DNA of 63,022 nucleotides, the filler included, from Stramenopiles sp. TOSAG23-6 (Eukaryota): NCBI GenBank assembly GCA_900128565.1. It is 6 parts of 6 records of this genome, joined end to end, with 100 filler letters (N's around TTAATTAATTAA, not from the genome) between each part and the next. Parts side by side here need not be neighbours in the genome. Positions count along the whole stretch, not along the records: positions 10,543 to 20,978 come from LT636312.1; positions 21,079 to 31,505 come from LT636313.1; 4 more parts are not named here. One strand, written 5' to 3'. Positions 11,534 to 22,368 of the stretch are shown one piece after another. Made by a program: the position numbers and the translations under genes. The notes below the pieces were generated by a model. The model had not been told where the DNA came from. It saw only the letters and a program-made list of their open reading frames with translations, and searched no databases. How positions within the stretch are numbered: the stretch's first letter is position 1; the number at the start of each line of letters is the position of its first letter.

Positions 11534-11869
11534 ATATATCAACCCTCTAAGCGGTCCTCCAACTGACAACACAGTCAAAAACACTTTTTTTTTTGAACCC
11601 TAAAAAATAAAATACTTATCACTTTGAATCAATATTAAAAAGTCGTGACTGCTGTGTCAAAACTTATTGCGGGTGCAATCAAAGGATATTATATAGTAAT
11701 ATTGTATAATAGATAGTAGACTAATCATACGGTATCCAATACCCAAAAATTTCTATTATAAATTTGAAATTCGGCTTTTTTTTATTTTTTTTCAAAAAGC
11801 AAAGCAAACGAAAAAAAAAACGAAAGAGAAAAAAAAGCAAAGCGATATTGAGGAGCATGATATATAATA

Positions 11870-14800
11870 ATGTCGAGGGAAAATTCACTGCATGAATATC
11901 GACGGCAGTCTCACAATCCAAACGGCAAGAGATCTATAAATTCTGCAGATAGTATCATCAATAACCGCTATATGATGGATATTTCTAATAGAAGCAACCA
12001 CGAAACTACACCTCCTTCAAGAGTGCGAAACTTCAATGCAGGAGTTACAAGCACGCAGTCGGATAGACAAAACGACCCTTCTGGTTCTCTGTCAAATCTG
12101 ATGCACTCTATTAGCGGAGCTGTTGGTGGATCAGCCACGTTTCATCTTCCAATTCAAAATACTAGAGTCCCAGAATATACACCAGGTTCACGTTTCCCTC
12201 AAACACCAGGGTCAGCTTTAAACGCAACCCTAGGCAATTTGAACCTTGGTACCGATGTCCCAACCTCGTTATTACCTATCAATCGTATAAAGAAAAAACA
12301 GTCTGTACATACTGTTTTAACAAGCAAGCCTCTCACCATTACGTATGGACATGAAATCAGCTTACGCTGCGGTGTCGAACGTGGTTTTCTCGGAGCAAAT
12401 GACAATGGTTCTTTAATAGTGTCTGGAACCGGAAATAATGCCGACGCCGAAATATTTACTCTTGTAAATATTCATTTAAGAAGTGATACAGGACCAGTTC
12501 GATATGGAGACTCTATTGCATTATGTAGTCACTCTTGTGGTGTTGGGGAAGGCAAATTTCTCGCTTGTGAAACTAATATCACTGATATTTCAAAATTACG
12601 TATTCCAGGAGGGGATCGCAAGAAAGCGTTAACTACAAAGTCTGGACCTGCTCTAAATCGCACTTCATTTGGATCTGCTGAAAAGTGGACTATATTGAGT
12701 GCAAGTACTCCTGGGCTAGACAGAAATTCCAAAACAAAAAATAGTGTAGTCTGTGCTGGAGATCGAGTAATCCTTCGTTGTATCCGTGGAACTTTTCTTT
12801 CTTCGTCCTCAATATCACAAAATCAACAAAACCAAAATATGCAGACGCCTATTCCGACTCTGACACCAAAATCAACATCCGCATCATGGATTATCACAAA
12901 AGGAAGGACTCCATGGATGCCTGATTGGTCGCGAACACGACTTTTTCTCACTGGTGATTTTCTTTCCTGTCCATCGATAAAAGATACTCAAACAAAATGT
13001 AGTGCTCCTGACCTAAATGATCATCCTTTGGAATTACAGGAACATATTATTATAGAAGATTTGCTATATACAATGGTAGGGATTGAAGGTCGCTATATAC
13101 GTATAATTGATACACCAAATATCTCTACCATGTCTCATTCTACTGAAATTACATTTTCTTTGGATAGTAATGTAATGGATGCTTCATTAGGGTTCTTAGT
13201 AAAACGCTTCTTACCTCTTTGTAATCATTATGCTTGGCTAGAACGTTTTGTTACCCGACATATGGGATATGAATTTGGAAGAACGGCTCATGCATTTTGC
13301 GCAGCTGTGAAACAACTCTTACGGGAATATGTACGTTTTCAAAATTTAATTTTCGAATTTTTTTTTGTACCAAATTTTGTACCTAACGAATTTTTACTAA
13401 AAATAATATTTTTCCAAAATACATACCTTACTAGTCACTCAACTAGAACACAAATACAGAATGTCTCAACTCAGTGTACAAAAACTTTGGTTTTATGTAC
13501 AGAATTCTTTGCATTTAATGCAATCATTGAAAAAAGTATGTATAGAAGCAGAGCATGAAGTGGGAGGAGCTCTTCTCAATGCGATCAACCGTGTGGCTAA
13601 ATTAGGAGGTAATGCAAATGCACAGCAGTTATTCCATTTTCTCACTAAAAAATCAGCCGCCCCATATTTACGAATGTTGGAACAATGGATCTATCGTGGT
13701 GTTGTAAATGATAATCACTCAGAGTTTATGATATCTGAAAATCGTCAATTGTCTAAAGAGCGACTAGCAGATGATTATAATGCACATTACTGGGATAAAC
13801 GTTGTACAATCTGTGATCATCAAGTACCATGGTTTTTAAAGCCTTATACCGCGAAGATTTTTACAACTGGAAAATATTTAAATGTCATTCGAGAATGTGG
13901 CCGAGCGATCGATTGTCCATTGATTACAATAGATTTTGTGTCAGCTCATAGTGGGTATAGCAAGATTATTGATGATGCAAACAAATTTGCTAGTCGAACT
14001 TTATTGGATATGTTACTTCAAGATGCGAAATTGATGGATCATTTAGCATCTTTACGACTCTTCTTTTTTCAGGCCAAGGGTGATGTTTTTGTTCATTTTA
14101 TGAATATAGCTTCTTCAGAATTGGATAAAAATTTTGTTGACATTGATATTGGAAAATTAGAATCATTGTTAAATGTTGCAATATGTGATACAACAATGGA
14201 TACTAATGCTGATCATATAACTTGTACCTTGGAACCTCTAAAATTATTTCATCTTCTAGAGGCAGTACATACTACATCTACTCAAGGTAGCTCCATTCCA
14301 CGTGGTCCAGGTGTTGACGCTCGAGATGCGGCAGTTGCAGCTCTTCGAAGTGCCCAAATGCATCAAAATAACTCTGTAAAAGGTATAGATAGCTTTTCTT
14401 TGGATTATCGTGTAGAATGGCCTTTATCGTTGGTCATTTCCCGACAAACAATTATCAAATACCAGATTTTATTCCGACATTTGTTTTTTTGTAAATATGT
14501 AGAGTGTCAATTATGTGAAGCGTGGGTACATCAACATACTGCTAAAGAGCTAAGTGTACAAGTCGCTATGAGAGTCAGTTATTGCTTGCGTCAAAGAATG
14601 CTCCATTTTGTTCAAAATTTAGTGTACTATGTTACAGTTGAAGTTTTAGAACCTCGTTGGCATGAAATGAAACAGAAATTACGCAAGGCTTCAACAGTTG
14701 ATGAAGTATTATCGTACCACAATGATTTTCTTGATTGCTGCTTAAAGGAAAGTTTGCTGACAAATCCTGTTTTAATTCGTTTATTGACTAAATTAATGAC

Positions 14801-15368
14801 AACATGTCTCCTTTTTTCGAACAAAGTGAAAAATTTCTATGCTACTTCTTCACTTCAATCAGATAAGGAGTCTCGCGTTTCTGCGGTTCAATCAAATGAT
14901 ACTTATCGTCGATGTGTTACAGATGACTTTGAGACAGCTGAACGCAAGCGCATTGTAAGAGAAGCTCGCAGAGCGAGAGGTGGAGTTTCAAAAGGTTCTC
15001 AGTCTTCTAAGTATTATGAAGAAGCTGGTGGCGAAAGAAATTTTGGAGCTGCAACAAGGAAAGCTGGAAACAACGTTGAAAAAAGAAGAGCTCGGCGAGG
15101 GTCTCTTGATCTCAGACGAACACGCATTGAAGTTCAATCTGCACATATCCGTCAACACGCTGAAGGTCCAGCATATCGCAGAATGTTGTCTGGTTTTGGA
15201 GGAAACTTCGATGCCCTATTAATGTCATTTATGGCTGCTTTGCAAGATGAACACCATGTTGAATATCATATGCATTTAGCTAATGTTTTTACGCGTCTTG
15301 ATTTTAATAAATTTTATGCGAATAGACACAATGAAGCAAAAAGGAATCTATCTCGTGAATGTTCATAA
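11870..15368 (+). CDS. TUBGCP2: Gamma-tubulin complex component 2 (Spc97/GCP2); exons 11870-13330, 13425-15368
   Basis: IIEDLLYTMVGIEGRYI, TTGKYLNVIRECG, VEWPLSLVIS, KYQILFRHLFFCKYVE. Confidence 0.92.
13331..13424 (+). other. Non-canonical GT-AT intron in GCP2
   Basis: TAT|GTACGT..GTACCTAAC..CCAAAATACAT|ACC; restores LLREY/TLLVTQLEH. The interval contains no AG. Confidence 0.9.
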
Positions 15369-15488
15369 GTAATCATATGTATATATACAAATATTACTTT
15401 CAAAAAAATAAAACAAAGATTATATACTTTTATGCATTGATTTCAATAAATATTTTGAGTTTTACATATAAAACATGATGTACTACAA

Positions 15489-18400
15489 CTACAAAGAGCT
15501 GTGTTCATCAGAAGAATCTGTTGAGGGAATCGGTACCGTATATGTGGATTTTCGACGTAATGGCGTAAATCGTCTTAATGGTATTTGTTCTGTATCGAAT
15601 GATATATTATTCAACGACTCCGATGATGAATTTCCATTAGATGAAATATTGCTTAATGAATCTGAAGATGAACCTTTATCAGATGAAATATCATTTGTGT
15701 GTATATCATGTTGTTTGGATTTTGTTGAACTTGGAGGTGTAGGTGGCTTCATCTTCGAAGACTCGCAATTTTTCTTATGCAAACGAGCTTGTATCCTTCG
15801 TAACGCTTCAGTACGTTCTCTATCACGCCTTATACTTAATCTATGACGCAATTTAGAATATTTTGTAGAAGCATCATGTTCTAACTTTTCTTTTGCTTTT
15901 GTGTCAATTTCTCTTTGAATTCGGGCCTTTTGCATTAAGTTTGCAGCATAATCTGACAATCTACGTTCTCTTTCATCAACAAATTTTGTTTGCTTTGGTG
16001 GCGGTGGTGGTGGTGGACACTTCTCTTGTGTTCTTTGTATTGGTGGAGGCGAAGGTGGGCATTTTGTTTGTGTGTTTTGCTTTGGTGGTGGAGGTGGTGG
16101 GGGTGTTGGCCTGAAGCTTTGTTCAGCACTTTTCATCGATCTTAAATATTCATTACAAATATTCCTCAATATTTGTATTGTCCCAGGACTAAACTCTTTA
16201 TGACCATTCTCTCTCAACTTCTGATTTAAGATAACAGATTTTTTATCATTACAGTTGTGAAGTGATATTATTTGACACAAATCATGAAATGAACGCACCC
16301 CAATTTGCAATATTTTTTTCACGACTTTTTTTGAAGTGCGCTTTGACCAACGTCTATTATGACTTAATGTTTCTAACACTTTAAGAAGATTTACATCCGT
16401 ATTAAATGAGTTTAACCTTTCTTCAAACATATCATGAATAATATCACTACTATCATTTTCACTGGAACTACTATTATTTTCGCTGTAACTACTATTATCA
16501 TCACTATTACTATTATCATCACTATTACTGCTAAGATCGCTGTAACTACTATTATCATCACTATTACTGCTAAGATCACTATTACTGCTAAAATCACTAT
16601 TCTTATTTATATTACTATTGGGAAATGCATTCCCAATTATATGAAATTGAGCTGTCGACATATTGTACCATCTTTTGATACCTGTTTCGAACTCTATCAA
16701 ATGTTGCTGACTTCTCACACTATACATATTTATACTGCCTTTTATCCAATTATTTCCTATGAGAATTGTAATTTTCGAACCGACTAAAGATTCAGGATGA
16801 TTCCACCAAATCGAATTAGATTTCACATCACTTGCTACTGTTTCTTCCGTTGCATTTCCTAAATTTTGATTACCTTTATTATTTGATGATGATTTGTCAC
16901 GTGTTGGTGATGTTTGTTTATTAATCATTTCATCATCTACAACTTCTTCTGGTATAAAGTCTGAATGTGCTTTTTGTTTGTTCTCAGTTCTTCGAAACAA
17001 TTGTTTAGCTTTTAGTTTAAACTCACTGAAAATTCCAAATAAACTACTTTTCTTGATATCATTATCACTCTTGAAGGTTGTTTTTTTATGCTCCTTGTCA
17101 GAATGCAGGCTTGTTTTTTTTTCTATGTGTCCTGTTTTAGCGGGGGTTTTCACTGCACGCTTTGCAGATGCACCAGCAGCTCTTCTAGACGATGGGGATA
17201 AGCTTGGAGGTCTTGAGTTCGTATAAGCGCTGTCATTGTTTTGTTGTACATTCACTTTTATTTTATGTTTGTTTTGAGATGTTTCATTATTTTGTTGGAC
17301 ATTCACTTTTATTTTATGTTTGTTTTGAGAGTGCTTTTCTCTCTCAAAAGTACGTTTATTTAATCTCTTTTTTTTAATGCGATTCAATGCGTCTTTTCTT
17401 TCACGTTCGAGTCGTTCTTTCATTTGCTTCTTCACCAGATTCGCTTTTGCCTTATTCATTTCCTTATCAAGTTGAATGCGACGTTTTCGTCTTTCATTCG
17501 CCTCATCCTGTTGTTGTTTTAACCTTTCCTTTTCTATTTTTTCGCGTTCGTTTTCTCGTTGTTGTCTAACTTTTTCCTTTTCAGCCTCTTTCCGCTTTTC
17601 TATTTCTTCTCTACGTTTACGAGAACGTAAAATTTCCGCCTTGCGTCTTTTTTCTATTTCAGCTTTTCTTTCTGCTTCCTTTTTAGCACGGGATCGTGCT
17701 TCAGCGTATGCATTGGATCGTGACTGGGCTCTAGAATGTTGATTATAATCAGTTGAATTGTATGCATTATTTCTTTTAGTTTGATCTGTATAAGAATTTT
17801 TATGCTGATAGTATTGTTTAGGATTAGGAGTAGAAGATTTATATTGCTTTCGTCGTCCATATTTATTCCACGCATTTTGCTGTTGTTGTCGCTGTGTTGG
17901 TGGTGGTTTGGGCGGATAAAAATTATTTGATGTTCGTTCTGGCTGTTTTTGATGCTGTCTGTTTTGTGACTTTGGTTGTTTTGGTTGTTTTGGTTGTTTG
18001 GATACTTTCGTTGAATGCCACACTCTTTGCATAGTACTACCCCAGTCCCAGTGATACGTCTTTGTACCATTTCGCCTTAGTTGACAATCGACTGAAGCTT
18101 TTCTCTTGGAATCATTCAATATTTCATAAGCTTCTTGAATTTGAGTAAATAAAATTTGTGTATTTTTTGATCCACTTTTATCAGGGTGAAAACGACGAAC
18201 GAGTTTAATGTATGCTTTACGAATACTTTTAGGTCCTGCAGTTTGAAGACAGCCTATCGTCATATATGGATTCGATTTAAAAACGATCAAAATTCGGTCT
18301 AATTCTATCCCAATAGCTCTTTTTTGAGCTGCGGTAACCTTGGCCTTGTAGGAATTTGGAGCATATTCATTTTGAAGTGCAAGTTCCAAGTGATATTGTG

Positions 18401-18527
18401 AATTTACAAATGAGGCGAAGGCATCATGTAAGGTATGCTCTCCCCATTTATTTGAAATATTAAAACTCTGTAGTAATTGTTTACCCTTATTGAACTCCAA
18501 AGATGCTATATCAGAGGATAGCGTCAT
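15489..18527 (-). CDS. DnaJ-domain protein with coiled-coil, Tudor-like and Pro-rich regions
   Basis: IRKAYIKLVRRFHPDKS..FTQIQEAYEILND (HPD motif). Confidence 0.85.
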   Translation of the reverse strand: MTLSSDIASLEFNKGKQLLQSFNISNKWGEHTLHDAFASFVNSQYHLELALQNEYAPNSYKAKVTAAQKRAIGIELDRILIVFKSNPYMTIGCLQTAGPKSIRKAYIKLVRRFHPDKSGSKNTQILFTQIQEAYEILNDSKRKASVDCQLRRNGTKTYHWDWGSTMQRVWHSTKVSKQPKQPKQPKSQNRQHQKQPERTSNNFYPPKPPPTQRQQQQNAWNKYGRRKQYKSSTPNPKQYYQHKNSYTDQTKRNNAYNSTDYNQHSRAQSRSNAYAEARSRAKKEAERKAEIEKRRKAEILRSRKRREEIEKRKEAEKEKVRQQRENEREKIEKERLKQQQDEANERRKRRIQLDKEMNKAKANLVKKQMKERLERERKDALNRIKKKRLNKRTFEREKHSQNKHKIKVNVQQNNETSQNKHKIKVNVQQNNDSAYTNSRPPSLSPSSRRAAGASAKRAVKTPAKTGHIEKKTSLHSDKEHKKTTFKSDNDIKKSSLFGIFSEFKLKAKQLFRRTENKQKAHSDFIPEEVVDDEMINKQTSPTRDKSSSNNKGNQNLGNATEETVASDVKSNSIWWNHPESLVGSKITILIGNNWIKGSINMYSVRSQQHLIEFETGIKRWYNMSTAQFHIIGNAFPNSNINKNSDFSSNSDLSSNSDDNSSYSDLSSNSDDNSNSDDNSSYSENNSSSSENDSSDIIHDMFEERLNSFNTDVNLLKVLETLSHNRRWSKRTSKKVVKKILQIGVRSFHDLCQIISLHNCNDKKSVILNQKLRENGHKEFSPGTIQILRNICNEYLRSMKSAEQSFRPTPPPPPPPKQNTQTKCPPSPPPIQRTQEKCPPPPPPPKQTKFVDERERRLSDYAANLMQKARIQREIDTKAKEKLEHDASTKYSKLRHRLSIRRDRERTEALRRIQARLHKKNCESSKMKPPTPPSSTKSKQHDIHTNDISSDKGSSSDSLSNISSNGNSSSESLNNISFDTEQIPLRRFTPLRRKSTYTVPIPSTDSSDEHSSL

Positions 18528-18811
18528 TGGAAATCAGCCCACAATGCTTATTAATTGTCAATGTTTACCCTCATAATAATAATAACTAAAAGACATCACC
18601 AAAGTCTTTGTTTGAAGCTTTTGTTTGTGCTCTACCTTCAAGAATAAAAAAGAATAAAAAAAAAATGAAAAACAACAGTTTCACTTTCGTGGACAAACCT
18701 GTTTTTTCTTAAATCGCATTCGATAAAATGTGACCTTGAAGTTGAATTGAACGTCGAGAAAAAACACGCACACGAACTACTGTAGGAAGAAGAAACTACA
18801 TTTTCCAGCTG

Positions 18812-19692
18812 ATGTTTGCCACAAAAGGTGAATATGATAGCGGTGTAAACACCTTTTCTCCAGAGGGCCGTCTTTTTCAGGTTGAGTATGCTATTGAGGC
18901 TATTAAACTTGGGTCTACTGCGATTGGAATCTGCACAAAAGAAGGAATCATCTTGGCTGTGGAAAAACGTCTCGAGTCTAAACTTCTGGAAGCAAGCAGT
19001 ATTCATAAAATCGTTGAAATTGATCGCCATATTGGATGTGCGCAGAGTGGTCTAACTGCTGATGCGACAACACTTGTGGAACGTGCCCGTGTGGAAGCGA
19101 CACAACATACATTTACTTATGATGAGCCTATGCCAGTTCGGTCTTTGACACAAGCAATTTGTGACATGGCTCTTAGCTTTGGAGAAGGCGGGGAAAAACA
19201 GATTATGTCTAGGTAAGTAACTATTTCACTTGGCATCTAATCATATTGTAAAATTCATTTGAAATTGTAACCTTCTTTTTTTGTTCTTTTTGTTGTATAA
19301 TTTTGTATTGAAGTAACCAAAACACTCATTTTTGTTTTATTTTTTTATACTTTTTCCATGAAAGACCTTTTGGTGTTGCCTTACTTATTGGTGGATGTGA
19401 TGAAAATGGCCCATCACTTTATCACACTGACCCTAGTGGCACATTTATTAAATATGATGCGAAAGCGACTGGTTCTGGTTCAGAAGGTGCTCAAAAGACT
19501 CTTGAAGATGACTATTCACCTGACTTCACACTCGAGGAAGCCGAACGTTTAGCAATGAATACTTTGAAAGAAGCCATGGAAGAAAAAGTAAGCTTAAAAA
19601 ACGTTGAAGTTGCAACAATTACACCCAAAGATGGATATAAACTTCACAGTAAAGAACAGCTTCAAGCTGCTATTGAAAGACTTGGTGCATAA
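18812..19692 (+). CDS. PSMA5: 20S proteasome subunit alpha type-5; exons 18812-19212, 19365-19692
   Basis: [50 protein letters not shown]. Confidence 0.96.
19213..19364 (+). other. Canonical GT-AG intron (the only one found in the window)
   Basis: AG|GTAAGT..GAAAG|A; restores MSRPFGV; lacks the family hairpin. Confidence 0.92.
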
Positions 19693-20370
19693 AAAATAGT
19701 AGAGATGACTTTTTTTGTATATTGTGTCAGTGAAAGTTTGAATATTTTGTTTTTTATTTTGTGAAAAGTGTCAAAAACAAAATATGATGTTGTACACATT
19801 AAATTCATAATAGCTATCTAGATCTCAATTTTTTTAAGAAGTAAAAGTAGAAATCATACCTCTTTTTTTCTTTTTGTGTTTTTATGTTTTTTCTTTTTTT
19901 TAAGAAAAAAAATAGTACAAGTAAAATCTGATTTTTATTAGATAAATTTTAGTTGAGGAATGACAAGTGCTTGCGAATATTTCCAATCAATTCCAAGTTG
20001 TACAAGATTTATATCATCTCGAATAAAAGGTTGCATACCAGAATAATTTAAATCACACATGTATTGAAAACAATAAATTTCGATCGTCCTACTCTTTAAA
20101 ATCTTTGCTAAGTGAGTTGATTTTGAAATGTTCAATCTTTTGTTGAATCCAAGAGCATGGAGTAATTTCAAATTTTCTTCAATACTTCGAGATGATGACC
20201 CCACCGCGGAGATTTTTGACGTAAATGTATCTATTTCATTATAAATCAGTATATTTAGTATTACACATTATATTTATTATATACCAAAATTAAATAATTA
20301 TCAATATAATAAAATATAAATATAAGGCATCTTATCCCAGGAGTGATAGAATTCACCACTTAACAATGTT

Positions 20371-20932
20371 TTATTTTCCCTTTGGACAATTTTTTTTTTT
20401 ACATTGTGTACATTTGTTGGACCCATTACGGTACCCTCTTAGAGAACCATATCTAGCAGCATTCATACATCCAAGGACTTGACAGCGAAAACCACCACCA
20501 CATTTAGCACATAATTCATGGTCAATTATTGCGGTGCCATCTTTATTAGGACCACGTGCAGCATTTTTATTGCATATTTCTTTTTTATTGCCTATTTCTT
20601 TCAAGCATTTCTTTTTTTCTCTATGTTTACCACATACAACCAGAGGGCCCCTTTTGACTTTTGAAAACAATGCAATATTATCACAATTTTCTGCCTCACA
20701 TACTTTCCTACCCGTTTCCAAATTTCGATGCTCAGGACAAAGCTCTATGATTTGGTAATATATTTCAAATATTTGTATTTGTTAGTTTTATAAATTTCAA
20801 AATAAATTGAGGTTTTGAAAGAATATCAAAAAAAAATAAAATACTTGATTTTGATGCAGCTTTAGCAGTACATCCATCTTTTTCACATATTCCAGTACGA
20901 CCTCCATCGGGTTGATGCATACAACAATAATC
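20371..20932 (-). CDS. 3' part of a Cys/His-rich repeat protein (CxxxxC..CxxH units); tentative GT-AT intron at 20760-20844
   Basis: CEKDGC, LCPEHR, CEAENC..VCGKHR, CQVLGC. The intron candidate has GTATTT..ACTAAC..GAAATAT. Confidence 0.55.
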
Positions 20933-20978
20933 TATAAATTGTGATACATTTCAAATATTTGTGTTACTGAGTTGAATA

Positions 20979-21078
20979 NNNNNNNNNNNNNNNNNNNNNN
21001 NNNNNNNNNNNNNNNNNNNNNNTTAATTAATTAANNNNNNNNNNNNNNNNNNNNNNNNNNNNNNNNNNNNNNNNNNNN
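20979..21078. other. Artificial contig linker
   Basis: N run with TTAATTAATTAA. Confidence 0.98.
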
Positions 21079-22013
21079 AAAGGTATAATGAATGAAGAAC
21101 TTCAATCTGTCGAAGAGTCGTTTGAGCTTGAAAGGGGAAAAAAAATTCAAAAACTGCGTCAGAAGTTTGAAGATAAAATTGAGAGTTTACGAAAACAACT
21201 AAATTCAGATTTGGCTGTTTTAAAAACAGATATTGAAATTAGACATTCTCAGGAAACCCAAGCTATACACAAAAAACATTCAAAAAAACTTTCCAAGTTA
21301 GAAATAGATGTATGATTTTATCATGAATTTCGAATTTATTTTTTTTCATACGAAATTTTGTACCTAACAAAATGTTTTTTCCGAATTTTTTTTTCACAAT
21401 ACATGCAAAACGCGCAATAGAATTATCAACAAAACTGAAAGCTAATTTAGTTGGCGGAGTTCCAAATATAAAAAAAGCATTTGCAGCACATTTCACAGCT
21501 TCACAATGCCGATTAAGTTTGAGATCCGCACTTTCAAAATTAGAGAATAATAAATCAGATATAGAAAAACAGATGTCCACCAAAACAAATCCTAACCCTA
21601 ACCCTAAAAAAAATATTAAAAAAACGCGTCCGCAAAGTTCGCGTTTTCCGTCTCGAATTTCTCACAGATTTAACGTTGAAAATGATGCTGTAAAGGGAGC
21701 ATTATCATCATTCAATAAGTGGGACCCTAACCCTAATATTACAGCGACCCCAAGAAATATCAAAATAAGATCACGAGCTTATACAGATAGAAGTCGACGC
21801 GCCACAATATCACCACATGCGAAGCATTCGTCAAATTTGGATGCTGCATTGAAAGGATGGAACACGAAATATAAAAGATTTGAAGTTTTGAACGATAGCG
21901 GAGGAATTGATAGTAGCGGCTGCACTCAACAAATTCGAAATTCGTTAGGCACAAAATTTGGTACAAAATTTGGTACAAAATTTGGTAGTATTGATGCACA
22001 CATCATAAAGTAA
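21079..22013 (+). CDS. 3' part of an unknown coiled-coil protein; exons 21079-21309, 21405-22013
   Basis: Two ORFs joined in frame by a GT-AT intron (LEID/AKRAIEL). Confidence 0.7.
21310..21404 (+). other. Non-canonical GT-AT intron
   Basis: GAT|GTATGA..CATACGAAATTTTGTACCTAAC..CACAATACAT|GCA. Confidence 0.85.
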
Positions 22014-22368
22014 AGGTATATAGATTTATTGAGATATAATGCATTATAATAAACATGAACTTGTTCTATATTTTAAATGTTTTTTTTACCAATTTTATAT
22101 TTTACATGTTTTTACACAATATTTTGAAAAAAATCGAAAGTCGCCGCTCCGTGTAACTGTCGAACGTTAATTTTAGGTTTTTAGGGACATCAAACGTGAA
22201 GTGTATCTTTCACTCTCTACTATATAGTCGTGTAGTCTCATGCTACAATTCAATGACCAAGTCTATGATTTCTAATGAAAATTATTTATTTTATCCTCAG
22301 TTGTGTGAAAATTATTTGGTAAATATCAAGAAAGCTCCGTAGAGATGTGGAACCACCCAACTCTATAA

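Noticed and set aside
13329-13422. U12-type AT-AC introns
   Set aside because: No RTATCCTT donor, branch point too far from the end, and non-slidable copies require the GT-AT or AT-AT register.
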